A DNA stretch of 28,848 nt from Thermoleophilaceae bacterium (GTDB lineage Bacteria > Actinomycetota > Thermoleophilia > Solirubrobacterales > Thermoleophilaceae): positions 1 to 28,848 of the forward strand of contig DATEPK010000016.1 of NCBI GenBank assembly GCA_035273245.1. Reading direction: 5' to 3'. Under the pieces are notes generated by a model that worked only from the letters and a program-made list of their open reading frames with translations, did no database searches and was not told the origin of the DNA. How positions within the stretch are numbered: the stretch's first letter is position 1; every line of letters begins with the position of its first letter. Below are positions 14,906-24,521 of this stretch, piece by piece. The position numbers were made by a program, and so were the translations under genes.

Positions 14906-16848
14906 CGAGCGTGCGCGACGACTTCCGGAACGCCTATGCCGCCGCGTTTCACGACTACGTGACGCAGACGGGCGAGCAGGGACTCGAGCGCGCCTACGAC
15001 CTCGGTCGCACGGCGGTCAGCGATGGCGTGGGCATGCTCGACCTCGCCGCCATTCACCACGAGGTGCTGGCCGAGGCGCTCGCGCTCGCCAGCTCGCCGG
15101 AAGAGCACCAGCGCGCGGCGCGCGCGGCCACCGAGTTCGCGATGGAGAGCCTCTCCACCTTCGAGATGGCGCAGCGCGGCTTCCACGAAGCACAAGAGGC
15201 CGTCCGCCTCGAGCAGGGGCACGCGGGACAGCTGCGGGCACTCGCGGACGCCGCGCTGGAGATCGCCGCCGCGCGGACCCTCGACGAGCTCGCGGAGCTC
15301 GTGACGGTGCATGCGCTCGAGATCGTGGGTGCGGGCCGGGCCGCCGCGAGCCTTCGTGCGCGAGACGGCAGCACCATCCACCACACCATCGCGCAGGTCG
15401 ACAGCCCGATACAGCGGACCGAGCGCCGCGGCATGCCGCCGCTCCACGAATGGGTGTGCGCGGGCGGTGAGGTGGTGCGCCTGAACGGCAAGGAGCTCGA
15501 GGCGCACCCGTCGTGGTCCCGGCAGGACCCGCCGGACGGCACGGCGAGCTGGCTCGCCGTCCCGCTCATGGACCGAGCGGGACGCAACATCGGGCTCTTC
15601 CACCTGTCGGACAAGCGCGACGGCGCCTTCAGTCACAACGACGAGGCGATCCTCGTGCAGCTGTCCCAGATCTTCTCGGTGGCCATCGAGAACCTGCGGC
15701 TCTACGAGCACGAACACGACATCGCGCAGACGCTCCAGCGCAGCCTGCTCCCGCCGAGTCTCCCGGAGATCCCGGGGGTGGCCCTCGCGGCGCGCTTCCG
15801 CCCGGCCGGTGCGGGCGACGAGGTGGGCGGCGACTTCTACGACATCTTCGAGATGGGCAGCGACCGCTGGGGCATCGCCGTCGGCGACGTATGTGGGAAG
15901 GGGGCGGCGGCCGCGACGGTCACGGCGCTCGCGCGTTACACGCTGCGTGCCACGGCTCTTCACGAGCGCGAGCCGAGCCGCATCCTTGCCGTGCTGAACC
16001 AGGCGCTGATGCGGCACGCGCCCGAGCAGCGCTTCTGCACGATCGCCTACGCCGCCTTGGAGCCCGAGCGCGGCAGGCTCGAGATCGCCAGCGGCGGTCA
16101 TCCGCCCCCGCTGCTTCTGCGCCGCGGCAAGGTCGAGACGCTCGGCAGCTCGGGCATGATCCTCGGCATCATGGACGACCCGCCGCTGAACGACAGCGCG
16201 GTGGCGCTCGAGCCGGGCGACACCGTCGTCTTCTACACGGATGGCGTCACGGACGCACACGCTCCGGAGCGGATGCTGTCCCACGAGCAGCTCGCGGCCG
16301 GGCTCGCCGAGTGCGAGGGGTACTCGCCCGCTGAGGTGGCAAACCACATCGAGACGCTCGCGCTCGGGGGGATCGACGCACCGCCGCGCGATGACATCGC
16401 GATCGTGGTGCTGTCACTCGAGAGCGGGGCGCGCAGCCGCCATGTGGAGGCCGGCGGCACAGTGGAGATGACGCTCGAGCTGCCGCCCACCGCCGAGTCG
16501 GCCGGAGCCGCGCGCGAGGCGCTGGCGCCGCTCGGCGAGCGTCTTGACGGCTCACGGCTCGAGACGATCAGGCTGCTCGTCACCGAGCTGATCACGAACA
16601 GCATCAAGCACGGCGAGCCTGGCGAAGCTCCCGTGAAGGTCAAGGTCACGCTCAACGATCACGCGGTGCGCGTGGAGGTGAGTGACAGCGGTCCGGGCTT
16701 CGAGCCGCCGCCGCGGCCCTCCGAGCCGCCGGTCACTCCGTCGGGCTGGGGGCTCTATCTCGTCGAGCGGCTGGCAGACCGCTGGGGCGTGGACAGCTCA
16801 GGCGGCTCCGCGGTCTGGTTCGAGATCAGCGCGTCCGACCGGGCCTGA
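14902..16848 (+). CDS. Stressosome output protein: RsbU-N-like, GAF, SpoIIE (PP2C) and RsbW-type HATPase domains
   Basis: AYDLGR..V..GVG.LD N-terminal domain; GAF (LAVPL..GLFHLSDK); LQRSLLP, VGGDFYD, GDVCGKG, YTDGVTD, DDIA; C-terminal ELITNSIKHG, DSGPGF, GWGLYLV. Confidence 0.88.
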   Translation: MTSVRDDFRNAYAAAFHDYVTQTGEQGLERAYDLGRTAVSDGVGMLDLAAIHHEVLAEALALASSPEEHQRAARAATEFAMESLSTFEMAQRGFHEAQEAVRLEQGHAGQLRALADAALEIAAARTLDELAELVTVHALEIVGAGRAAASLRARDGSTIHHTIAQVDSPIQRTERRGMPPLHEWVCAGGEVVRLNGKELEAHPSWSRQDPPDGTASWLAVPLMDRAGRNIGLFHLSDKRDGAFSHNDEAILVQLSQIFSVAIENLRLYEHEHDIAQTLQRSLLPPSLPEIPGVALAARFRPAGAGDEVGGDFYDIFEMGSDRWGIAVGDVCGKGAAAATVTALARYTLRATALHEREPSRILAVLNQALMRHAPEQRFCTIAYAALEPERGRLEIASGGHPPPLLLRRGKVETLGSSGMILGIMDDPPLNDSAVALEPGDTVVFYTDGVTDAHAPERMLSHEQLAAGLAECEGYSPAEVANHIETLALGGIDAPPRDDIAIVVLSLESGARSRHVEAGGTVEMTLELPPTAESAGAAREALAPLGERLDGSRLETIRLLVTELITNSIKHGEPGEAPVKVKVTLNDHAVRVEVSDSGPGFEPPPRPSEPPVTPSGWGLYLVERLADRWGVDSSGGSAVWFEISASDRA

Positions 16849-16889
16849 CGTCCGGTACGCTCTTTGCCGGTTCGCCGACGGGAGGAAGC

Positions 16890-17807
16890 GTGGATCTGGA
16901 TCGTCACTACATCGAGCGCAAGGATTTCACGGTTGCGCGGCGCGGCTATGACCAGGAGGAGGTCGACCTTCACCTGCGCAAGCTCGCCGACGCGATCACC
17001 GAGCTCAAGGCTCAGCTGAAGGCCACGCCGGCGGGCGTGGCGGGCGCGGCCGCGGAGCAGGTGCGCCAGATCGTGGAGGCCGCCGAGGAGAGCGCCGGCC
17101 AGATTGAGGAGCGCGCCAACGCCGAGGCACGGCGCCTGACTGACGACGCGTCGCGGCGCGCGCGCGAGACGCGGGAGCGTGCCGACCAAGAGGCGGCCGA
17201 GCAGCTGCAGCGTGTGCAGGAGACCGCCGCGAAGATGCTCGACCGCACGTCCGCGCTCGAGCGCGAGCTCGACGCGCTCGTGCAGGGAATCCACGAGGGC
17301 GCCACGAGCCTCGTCGACCGCATCCGCAGCGGCGCCGGCGATCTCGAGAGCGAGCTCGGCACGATCCGCCAGGAGCTCGTGTCGGTCCGTCCGGCGGCCG
17401 AGCCGGAGCCTGAGCCCGAAGCCACGCCGGCCGACGAGCAGCTCGAGGCAACCGCCGGCTGGCCGGCGGCGGCGGAGGCGATGGCGGGCGGCGCGGACAA
17501 CGGGGGCGAGCCAGAGGCAGAGGCAGAGGCAGAGCCCGAGCCCGAGCCCGAGACGGTGGCCGAGGCCCTGGAGGAGGAGCCGACGCTCGCCTCGACGGAG
17601 ACCCCGACACCCGACACCGGCGACCCGACACCCGAAACCGCGATGGCCGGAGCTGGGCCGGAGGGTGCCCGCCTGGTGGCGCTCAACATGGCGCTGAACG
17701 GCACTCCTCGGGAGGAGGCGGCCCGCTACCTGGCGGACAACTTCCAGCTCGAGGACCAGGACGCGATCCTGGACGACGTGTACTCGCGCGTCGGCGGCCG
17801 GGCCTAG
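16890..17807 (+). CDS. DivIVA domain-containing coiled-coil protein
   Basis: IERKDFTVARRGYDQEEVD DivIVA motif, coiled coil, acidic Pro-rich linker; GGAGG RBS. Confidence 0.85.
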   Translation: MDLDRHYIERKDFTVARRGYDQEEVDLHLRKLADAITELKAQLKATPAGVAGAAAEQVRQIVEAAEESAGQIEERANAEARRLTDDASRRARETRERADQEAAEQLQRVQETAAKMLDRTSALERELDALVQGIHEGATSLVDRIRSGAGDLESELGTIRQELVSVRPAAEPEPEPEATPADEQLEATAGWPAAAEAMAGGADNGGEPEAEAEAEPEPEPETVAEALEEEPTLASTETPTPDTGDPTPETAMAGAGPEGARLVALNMALNGTPREEAARYLADNFQLEDQDAILDDVYSRVGGRA

Positions 17808-18451
17808 GCAGCTGCCGGCTCGGCCACTTCGTCAGCCAGGGCGAGCAGGTCCGGGATCACGTCCACGTGCGCGTGGGGGCGCAGATAGCGCTCGTACCAC
17901 GGCCGGTAGCCGAGCGCCCGGCCGATCGGCGCGAGCAGCGCGAAGGCCACACGTTGGACGGCCCGCGGCGGCCTCATGAACTCCACGACGTCGCGGAACT
18001 CGTCCGCGATCACGGCCGCCTGGAGCAGGTGCGGCATCCCCTTCTCGTTCGTCAGGCCGTCGTTCGCCAGGCCGAAGAGGGTGGAGATCATGATCTCGAA
18101 GCGGCGGCCGGGGGAGATCTCGACCACCACCTGCGCCTCCTCGCCCCCGGCGTTCCACCAGTCGTGGACGGTTCCGGGGTGAATCGACACCGAGTCGCCG
18201 GGACCGAGCGTGCTTTCGGCCCCGTCAACTCGGACGCAAAGGCGTCCGGAGACGACCCGGAAGCGCTCCGTGACCGTGCGGTGAACGTGCTCGCCCACCA
18301 CGGCTCCGCCCGGGCGCACGCCGAGGAAGACGACTGTGCGGCCGTCGGTGGCATCGGCGGTTCCCACGAGCACGATCGCGCGCTCGCCGGTGACGGTGTT
18401 CTCGATCACGTCTCCGCGGCGGGTGAGGGGGATGTGGGTGATCTCGGGCAT
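17804..18451 (-). CDS. Cupin domain-containing protein
   Basis: EHVH....ERF.V.SG and PGTVHDWWN cupin motifs. Confidence 0.85.
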   Translation of the reverse strand: MPEITHIPLTRRGDVIENTVTGERAIVLVGTADATDGRTVVFLGVRPGGAVVGEHVHRTVTERFRVVSGRLCVRVDGAESTLGPGDSVSIHPGTVHDWWNAGGEEAQVVVEISPGRRFEIMISTLFGLANDGLTNEKGMPHLLQAAVIADEFRDVVEFMRPPRAVQRVAFALLAPIGRALGYRPWYERYLRPHAHVDVIPDLLALADEVAEPAAA

Positions 18452-18549
18452 CGAAGCGCATGTTCGCCCCCCGGACGGGCGCAGATCAATCGCGGCAGCC
18501 CGCTAAGGCCGGTGCGGATTCCCGCACGCTGCGCCGAAATTGGGCTGGG

Positions 18550-18561
18550 GAACATCCGTTC
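18550..18561. promoter_or_regulatory. LexA (SOS) box upstream of uvrA
   Basis: GAAC-ATCC-GTTC matches the Gram-positive GAAC-N4-GTTC box; lies just upstream of the -10 TAGACT (18569-18574). Confidence 0.85.
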
Positions 18562-18581
18562 GCATATCTAGACTTGTTCTG

Positions 18582-21461
18582 GTGAGGCCACAGGGCGAGC
18601 TAGTCATCGCCGGCGCGCGCGAGCACAACCTCAAGGACCTCCACCTGAGGATGCCGCGGAACGCGCTGGTTGTCATAACCGGGTTATCGGGCTCCGGCAA
18701 GTCGAGCCTTGCGTTCGACACGATCTATGCCGAGGGCCAGCGCCGCTACGTCGAGTCCCTGTCCGCATACGCGCGGCAGTTCCTGGGCCAGATGGACAAG
18801 CCGGACGTGGATTCGATCGAAGGGCTCTCGCCGGCGATCTCGATCGACCAGAAGACCACCTCGCGCAACCCGCGCTCCACCGTGGGCACCGTCACGGAGA
18901 TCTACGACTACCTGCGCCTGCTGTGGGCCAGGATCGGCCATCCCCACTGTTACAACTGCGGCCAGCCCATCGCGGCGCAGTCGGCCGAGCAGATCGTGGA
19001 CCAGGTGATGACCTTCGAGGAGGGCACCAGGTTCATGGTGCTTGCGCCGGTGGTCCGCGGGCGCAAGGGCGAGTACGGCAAGCTCTTCGAGGAGCTGCGC
19101 GCCGAGGGCTACACGCGCGTGAAGGTGGACGGCGAGCTGCGCCGGCTCGAGGAGGACATCGTCCTCGACAAGAAGTTCAAGCACGACATCGCCGTCGTGG
19201 TGGACAGGCTCGTGATGCGGCCCGACCTTCGCAAGCGGCTGGCCGACTCGATCGAGACGGCGGTGGGTCTGGCCGAGGGAATCATCGAGGTCGAGCTGGT
19301 CGACTCTGGCGAGATCAAGACCTACTCCGAGCGCTTCGCCTGCCTCAACTGCGGCACCTCGATGCCGGAGCTCGAGCCACGAATGTTCAGCTTCAACTCC
19401 CCGCACGGGGCCTGCCCGCGCTGCACGGGGCTCGGGTCGCAGATGGAGATCGATCCGGATCTCGTGGTGCCCGACCCGTCGCTGTCGCTCGGCGAGGGGG
19501 CAATCCTGCCGTGGTCCACCACCGCCTCCAACTACTACGAGCAGATGACCCAGGCGATCGCGGACCGCTACGAGGTGGACATGGAGACCCCCTGGGAAGA
19601 GCTGCCGGAGGAGGTTCAGGAGTGCTTCCTCCACGGCACCAACGGGGACCGCATCTACATCTCCTACCGCAACCGCTACGGTCGCCGGCGCTCCTACACC
19701 ACGAGCTTCGAGGGCATCGTTCCCAACCTCGAGCGCCGTTACAAGGAGACGGACTCGGAGTACTCGCGCGAGAAGATCGAGGAGTACATGTCCGTGCGGC
19801 CGTGCCCCGAGTGCCACGGCGCGCGGCTGCGGCCCGAGAGCCTGTCCGTGCTGGTCGGCGGCCTGGGCATCCACGAGCTCACGCGGATGTCCGCCAAGCG
19901 CGCGATCGAATGGTTCGAGGCGCTCGAGCTCACGGACACGGAGCGGCAGATCGCGCGGCTCGTGCTGCGCGAGATCGACGAGCGGCTGCGCTTCCTCGAC
20001 AGCGTCGGCGTCGGGTACCTGTCTCTGGAGCGCGCCGCGGGCACGCTCTCGGGCGGAGAGGCGCAGCGGATCAGGCTCGCCACGCAGATCGGCTCGTCGC
20101 TCGTGGGCGTGCTCTACATCCTGGACGAGCCGTCGATCGGTCTGCACCAGCGCGACAACGCGCGGCTGATCGCCACCCTGGAACGGCTGCGGGACCTCGG
20201 CAACACCGTGATCGTGGTCGAGCACGACGAGGGCACCATGCGGGCGGCCGACCACCTCGTGGACCTCGGACCGGGCGCCGGCGAGCACGGCGGCCACATC
20301 GTCGCGCAGGGCACGCCCGCCGAGGTGATGAAGGTGAAGGACTCGGCCACCGGGCAGTTCCTCGCGGGCACGCGAGCGATCGAGGTGCCGAAGAAGCGGC
20401 GGCGCCCCAGCGGCTACATCGAGATCGAGAAGGCCGCCCAGCACAACCTCCGTGGGATCGACGCGAAGATCCCGCTCGGGACCTTCTGCTGCGTCACGGG
20501 CGTGTCCGGCTCGGGCAAGTCCACGCTCGTCAACGAGGTGCTGTACAAGGCGGTGGCCAACCGGCTCCACCGGGCGAAGATGCGGCCGGGCGCGCACAGG
20601 CGCGTGACGGGGCTCGACCAGGTCGACAAGATCATCAACATCGACCAGTCGCCGATCGGGCGCACGCCGCGTTCGAACCCGGCCACCTACACGGGCGTGT
20701 TCGACCAGATCCGGGACCTGTTCTCACGCACGCAGGAGGCGCGGGCGCGCGGCTACAAGCCCGGGCGGTTCTCGTTCAACGTGAAGGGCGGGCGCTGCGA
20801 GGTCTGCCGGGGCGACGGCCAGATCAAGATCGAAATGCACTTCCTGCCGGACGTGTACGTGCCGTGCGAGCAGTGCCACGGCAAGCGTTACAACCGCGAG
20901 ACGCTTGAGGTGCGCTTCAAGGGCAAGACGATCGCCGACGTGCTGGAGATGCCGGTGGAGGAGGCGCTCGAGTTCTTCAAGCACATCCCGAAGATCAAGC
21001 GGAGGCTCCAGGCGCTCCACGACGTCGGGCTCGACTACATCCGTCTCGGCCAGCCGGCCACCACGCTGTCCGGCGGCGAGGCGCAGCGCGTCAAGCTCGC
21101 CACCGAGCTGCAGAAGGTGGCCACGGGCCGGACGCTGTACATCCTCGACGAGCCCACCACCGGCCTTCACTTCGCGGACGTGCAGCGGCTGCTCGAGATG
21201 CTCCAGCGGCTCGTGGACAGCGGCAACACCGTGGTCGTGATCGAGCACAACCTCGACGTGATCAAGACGGCCGACCGCATCATCGACCTCGGCCCTGAGG
21301 GCGGGGAGGAGGGCGGCACGATCGTGGCGTTCGGAAGTCCCGAGGAGGTGGCGGCGGTGCCGGACTCCTACACGGGGCGCTTCCTCGCCGAGCTGGTCAA
21401 GCCCGCGGCCCGGGCGCGCAAGCCACGCGCGAGCCGCAAGAAGGTGCCTGCAGCAGCCTGA
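18582..21461 (+). CDS. uvrA: Excinuclease ABC subunit A
   Basis: [17 protein letters not shown], CxxC zinc fingers, two LSGGEAQR signatures and GVSGSGKST. Start placed at GTG 18582, 7 nt after the -10 element. Confidence 0.98.
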   Translation: MRPQGELVIAGAREHNLKDLHLRMPRNALVVITGLSGSGKSSLAFDTIYAEGQRRYVESLSAYARQFLGQMDKPDVDSIEGLSPAISIDQKTTSRNPRSTVGTVTEIYDYLRLLWARIGHPHCYNCGQPIAAQSAEQIVDQVMTFEEGTRFMVLAPVVRGRKGEYGKLFEELRAEGYTRVKVDGELRRLEEDIVLDKKFKHDIAVVVDRLVMRPDLRKRLADSIETAVGLAEGIIEVELVDSGEIKTYSERFACLNCGTSMPELEPRMFSFNSPHGACPRCTGLGSQMEIDPDLVVPDPSLSLGEGAILPWSTTASNYYEQMTQAIADRYEVDMETPWEELPEEVQECFLHGTNGDRIYISYRNRYGRRRSYTTSFEGIVPNLERRYKETDSEYSREKIEEYMSVRPCPECHGARLRPESLSVLVGGLGIHELTRMSAKRAIEWFEALELTDTERQIARLVLREIDERLRFLDSVGVGYLSLERAAGTLSGGEAQRIRLATQIGSSLVGVLYILDEPSIGLHQRDNARLIATLERLRDLGNTVIVVEHDEGTMRAADHLVDLGPGAGEHGGHIVAQGTPAEVMKVKDSATGQFLAGTRAIEVPKKRRRPSGYIEIEKAAQHNLRGIDAKIPLGTFCCVTGVSGSGKSTLVNEVLYKAVANRLHRAKMRPGAHRRVTGLDQVDKIINIDQSPIGRTPRSNPATYTGVFDQIRDLFSRTQEARARGYKPGRFSFNVKGGRCEVCRGDGQIKIEMHFLPDVYVPCEQCHGKRYNRETLEVRFKGKTIADVLEMPVEEALEFFKHIPKIKRRLQALHDVGLDYIRLGQPATTLSGGEAQRVKLATELQKVATGRTLYILDEPTTGLHFADVQRLLEMLQRLVDSGNTVVVIEHNLDVIKTADRIIDLGPEGGEEGGTIVAFGSPEEVAAVPDSYTGRFLAELVKPAARARKPRASRKKVPAAA

Positions 21462-21464
21462 CGG

Positions 21465-22601
21465 TCAGGCCGCGGATGCGAGCCTGAGCGGCGGCGCGAG
21501 CTCGGGATGCTTGCCGAGATCGAGCTCCTGCGGCTCGATGGGCCTGCCGGCGGCGTCCAGGTGCACACGGACGAGCGGTAGGTCGATGCGAGTGCCGGAT
21601 ACCGCCACCACCACGGCGCGGCGGCCGTCGGCGAGCGGCATCTCGCTGCCAGGCGGGTATGGGGCGACGACCTTGCGAAACGTCTCGACGATCGAGGCAT
21701 CGAACTGCGTGCCCGCGTTCTCGAGGATGGTCTGCCATCCGAAGCTTGCGGGCCGCGCGGCGGCGTACGGCCGCTGGCTCGTGATGGCGTCGAACACGTC
21801 CGCCACCGAGGCGATGCGCGCGAACTCCGGGATGTCGAGTCCGGCGAGGCCCTGCGGGTAGCCGGCGCCGTCAAAGCGCTCGTGATGCGATCGGATCACC
21901 GACTTGGGGAGGGGACCCACAACGTCGCCCGGCAGCAGGTCGATGCCCACCAGCGGGTGCGTCCGCATCAGCTTCTCCTCCTCGGGGTCGAGCGGCCCCG
22001 GCTTGTTGAGGACCGCGTTCGGGATGCTCAGCTTGCCGATGTCATGCAGAAGCAGCCCGACGCCGAGCTTCGTCAGCTGGCGGTCGGTCTGGTTGTAGCC
22101 ACGCTTGCCGAGTGAAACGGGGTGGCCGTGGCGCTGAAAGTGGTTGCGGGCGATCAGGATCCCGAGCGCCGTGACGTCGATCGAGTGCTGGAGCGTGTAC
22201 TGGTCGGCCGCGGCCAGGTCGCTGAGGGCGAGCACGGCGTCATCGGCATCAGCGATGTCGCGGGCGATCAGCTGGGCAACGGATGTGAGCTCGTCGACGG
22301 TCGTCTCGGAAAGGGTGCCGCCCCGCGCCGCGAGGGCCGGCACGTCCGCGAACGACCGCACGAGCGCCTTCGTGGCCTTCTCGCGCGTGGCTTCGCTGAG
22401 AGCGGGGGACACGCGGATCCCGGCGCCCAGCTCGTCCTCAACGTAGACGGCGTGGATTCCCGCGTCCAAGAGGGCGTTCCGGTACTCCTCACGCAGCCTC
22501 ACCCCGGCGCGCAGCAGCGGGATGCGACCGTGGACGCCGGTGACGACGTCTCGTCCCAGGACCATGTCCGGCTGCAGGCGATGTGTGGCTACCAGGCGCA
22601 T
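21465..22601 (-). CDS. HD-GYP domain c-di-GMP phosphodiesterase
   Basis: LLHDIGK, HHERFDGAGYPQGL and ADVFDAITSQRPY motifs. Start ATG 22601 (GTG 22619 also possible); the listed longer ORF overlaps the divergent gene. Confidence 0.9.
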   Translation of the reverse strand: MRLVATHRLQPDMVLGRDVVTGVHGRIPLLRAGVRLREEYRNALLDAGIHAVYVEDELGAGIRVSPALSEATREKATKALVRSFADVPALAARGGTLSETTVDELTSVAQLIARDIADADDAVLALSDLAAADQYTLQHSIDVTALGILIARNHFQRHGHPVSLGKRGYNQTDRQLTKLGVGLLLHDIGKLSIPNAVLNKPGPLDPEEEKLMRTHPLVGIDLLPGDVVGPLPKSVIRSHHERFDGAGYPQGLAGLDIPEFARIASVADVFDAITSQRPYAAARPASFGWQTILENAGTQFDASIVETFRKVVAPYPPGSEMPLADGRRAVVVAVSGTRIDLPLVRVHLDAAGRPIEPQELDLGKHPELAPPLRLASAA

Positions 22602-22635
22602 TGTTGACGGGGGCGTCACTGCCCTTACAAGAGGG

Positions 22636-22662
22636 TGATCGCCCGTGGCTGCGTGCCCTTTA
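22636..22662 (-). promoter_or_regulatory. Sigma28-type promoter of the HD-GYP gene
   Basis: Minus strand TAAA (22662-22659)-N15-GGCGATCA (22643-22636). Confidence 0.55.
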
Positions 22663-22725
22663 CCGGGGAAAGGCGTCCAAACGGGGTCACACGGCCGCGC
22701 GGCGGACATCTGAGAAGCTTCGGAT

Positions 22726-23343
22726 GTGGGCGCGGGAGCGGCAAACGCCAAGCTCTGGTGGCAGAAGTGGCGCTGGTACGAGCGCAATTCGCTGCCCTGG
22801 AACCGCTTCCGGATCCACCGTCACATGGCCGAGCGGCGCGCGTTCATCCGCTTTCCCGTGCAGGGAAATGTGCTCGAATGCCTCGACGACGGCCGGCTCG
22901 AGATAGGCCCGCACACGCTGCTCGAACCGGGCTGCTGGATCACGATCGGCGACCACGCGCACGTCACCATCGGGGAGGGTTGCTTTCTCAACCTCGGGAC
23001 GATGCTCGCGGCAATAGACCGGATCGACATCGGCGACCACGTGATGTTCGCCAACCACTGCTTCGTGGGGGACTCCGCGCACCGCTTCGACGATCCGGAC
23101 ATGCCGATCACCTGGCAGGGCTTCACGTCGAAGGGCCCGGTGAAGATCGGCTCGAACTGCTGGTTCGGCGTGAACTGCGTTGTCACGAGCGGAGTGACCA
23201 TCGGCGATCGCTGCGTGATCGGCTCGAACTCCGTGATCACCCGCGACCTGCCTCCGGGGGTGATCGCCGCCGGTGCTCCGGCGCGCATCATCCGCGAGAT
23301 CAGCTTTGCCGGTGCGAAAAATGAGGAGGGCGTCCGGCCGTAG
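22726..23343 (+). CDS. Hexapeptide-repeat (left-handed beta-helix) acyltransferase
   Basis: IGEGCF, IGDHVMF, PVKIGSNCWFG, GVTIGDRCVIG.NSVI and AGAPARII repeats/motifs. Confidence 0.9.
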   Translation: MGAGAANAKLWWQKWRWYERNSLPWNRFRIHRHMAERRAFIRFPVQGNVLECLDDGRLEIGPHTLLEPGCWITIGDHAHVTIGEGCFLNLGTMLAAIDRIDIGDHVMFANHCFVGDSAHRFDDPDMPITWQGFTSKGPVKIGSNCWFGVNCVVTSGVTIGDRCVIGSNSVITRDLPPGVIAAGAPARIIREISFAGAKNEEGVRP

Positions 23344-23360
23344 TGGCCGGACGCCCCTCC
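23317..23360 (-). terminator. Intrinsic terminator oriented for a minus-strand transcript (may be bidirectional)
   Basis: 12-bp perfect stem GGGCGTCCGGCC (23328-23339)/GGCCGGACGCCC (23345-23356); the minus strand continues into a five-U tract (A-tract at 23317-23321). Confidence 0.6.
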
Positions 23361-23586
23361 GCACGTGGCATCGAGGGCGGACGCTAGGGTGTCAACACCA
23401 TCGATGCCGTGGTCGCAGGCCCGACGCCGTCCACGTCGGCCACGACCAGCATGACCCGAAGCCGGGGGCGCCCTTCACGCCCACTGTGGCAATACGGGTC
23501 AGGCTTTGTCCTCTTGTGAGAGGTGAGCTCCAAAATCGGTCTCCGCTGCGGCTCCCGAGCGCTGCGTCGCTTGGGAGCCCCCACAT
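23317..23586 (-). ncRNA. Candidate structured small RNA (~270 nt), family unassigned
   Basis: Extended -10 TG-T-TACGGT (23602-23594), several long stems, terminator at the 3' end, no convincing ORF. Confidence 0.4.
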
Positions 23587-23742
23587 GCGCCCGACCGTAA
23601 CACGGGTAGGCGCCTTTTCGCCACCATGTGGGGCAGGGTTTCTCAAGCGCACGTCAACTGCCTGTCAGGGCCCTAACATCCAGCATCCGCCGCACCCGCG
23701 AGCGGATGAATTTGAGGCTCTCCCGCGTCTATCTCTTCAGGA

Positions 23743-24516
23743 GTGCGCCCGCGAACTGACATAGAGAGCGACCTCGCCCGGCTGGCCGACGGCACGCTGG
23801 GAGCTGAGCGCGCACGCGAGCTCGAGGCCCAGGTCGCGGAGTCACCGGAGCTGGCGGCCCAGCTCGCCGAGCAGCGGCGCGTGCTGAACGCCGTGCGGGC
23901 GCTCGATGACGATGCGCCGATGGCGCTGCGCGAGCAGGTCCAGCGGATGCACGAGCGCGCTGCCCCGAAGCGGCGCCGGGCCCGCCGCTACGGCGTGGCC
24001 GGCGCGTTCACCACCGCGGCGGCCTGCGTGGCCGTGGCGCTCGCCGTGATAGTGGGCTCGGGCGCCAGCGGACCGACGCTCTCGCAGGCCGCAGCCCTCA
24101 CCGTCAAGCCAGCCACCGGTCCCGCACCGGGCCACACCTGGGACGGCACGCTCAACCTCGACGTCGACGGTGTCCCGTATCCCTACTGGAAGCGGGAGTA
24201 CGGCTGGACGGCCATCGGGTCGCGTGTGGACAAGGTCCACGGCCGGACGGCGACCACCGTGTTCTACCGCAAGGGCAGCCAGCGGATCGGATACACGATC
24301 GTCACCGGCAAGCCGGTCTCCGTCTCCGGCTCGCCCAGTGTGAGCTGGGTGGGAGGCACCCGCTTCCGCAGCATGCCGGTGAAGGGCAACACGGTCGTCA
24401 CCTGGGAGCGTCGCGGCCATTCCTGCATCCTGTCCGGACAGGGCGTGACCCGGCACCAGCTGCTAAAGCTCGCGTCGTGGAAGGACGCGGGCGCGCTCCC
24501 ATACGCAGGCGGCTAG
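23743..24516 (+). CDS. Putative membrane-anchored anti-sigma factor
   Basis: N-terminal LARLADGTL...ARELEA.V..SP helical anti-sigma-like segment without zinc ligands, basic stretch, one TM helix and an extracytoplasmic domain; adjacent to an ECF sigma. Confidence 0.7.
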   Translation: MRPRTDIESDLARLADGTLGAERARELEAQVAESPELAAQLAEQRRVLNAVRALDDDAPMALREQVQRMHERAAPKRRRARRYGVAGAFTTAAACVAVALAVIVGSGASGPTLSQAAALTVKPATGPAPGHTWDGTLNLDVDGVPYPYWKREYGWTAIGSRVDKVHGRTATTVFYRKGSQRIGYTIVTGKPVSVSGSPSVSWVGGTRFRSMPVKGNTVVTWERRGHSCILSGQGVTRHQLLKLASWKDAGALPYAGG

Positions 24517-24521
24517 GAGCC

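Noticed and set aside
18451..18466. Second SOS box near the cupin start (GAAGCGCATGTTC)
   Set aside because: Left half-site and spacing do not fit GAAC-N4-GTTC.
22602..22787. 62-aa N-terminal extension of the HD-GYP ORF
   Set aside because: Overlaps the divergent acyltransferase start and lies across the predicted promoter.
23490..23530. c-di-GMP-I riboswitch (GGACAAAGCC resembles GACGCAAAGCC)
   Set aside because: Lacks the GGCAAA/GNRA P2 arrangement and has no downstream gene on that strand.
23384..23652. Small ORFs of 66 and 86 aa in the intergenic gap
   Set aside because: No RBS, atypical composition and no motifs; an RNA structure explains the region better, though a micropeptide is not excluded.
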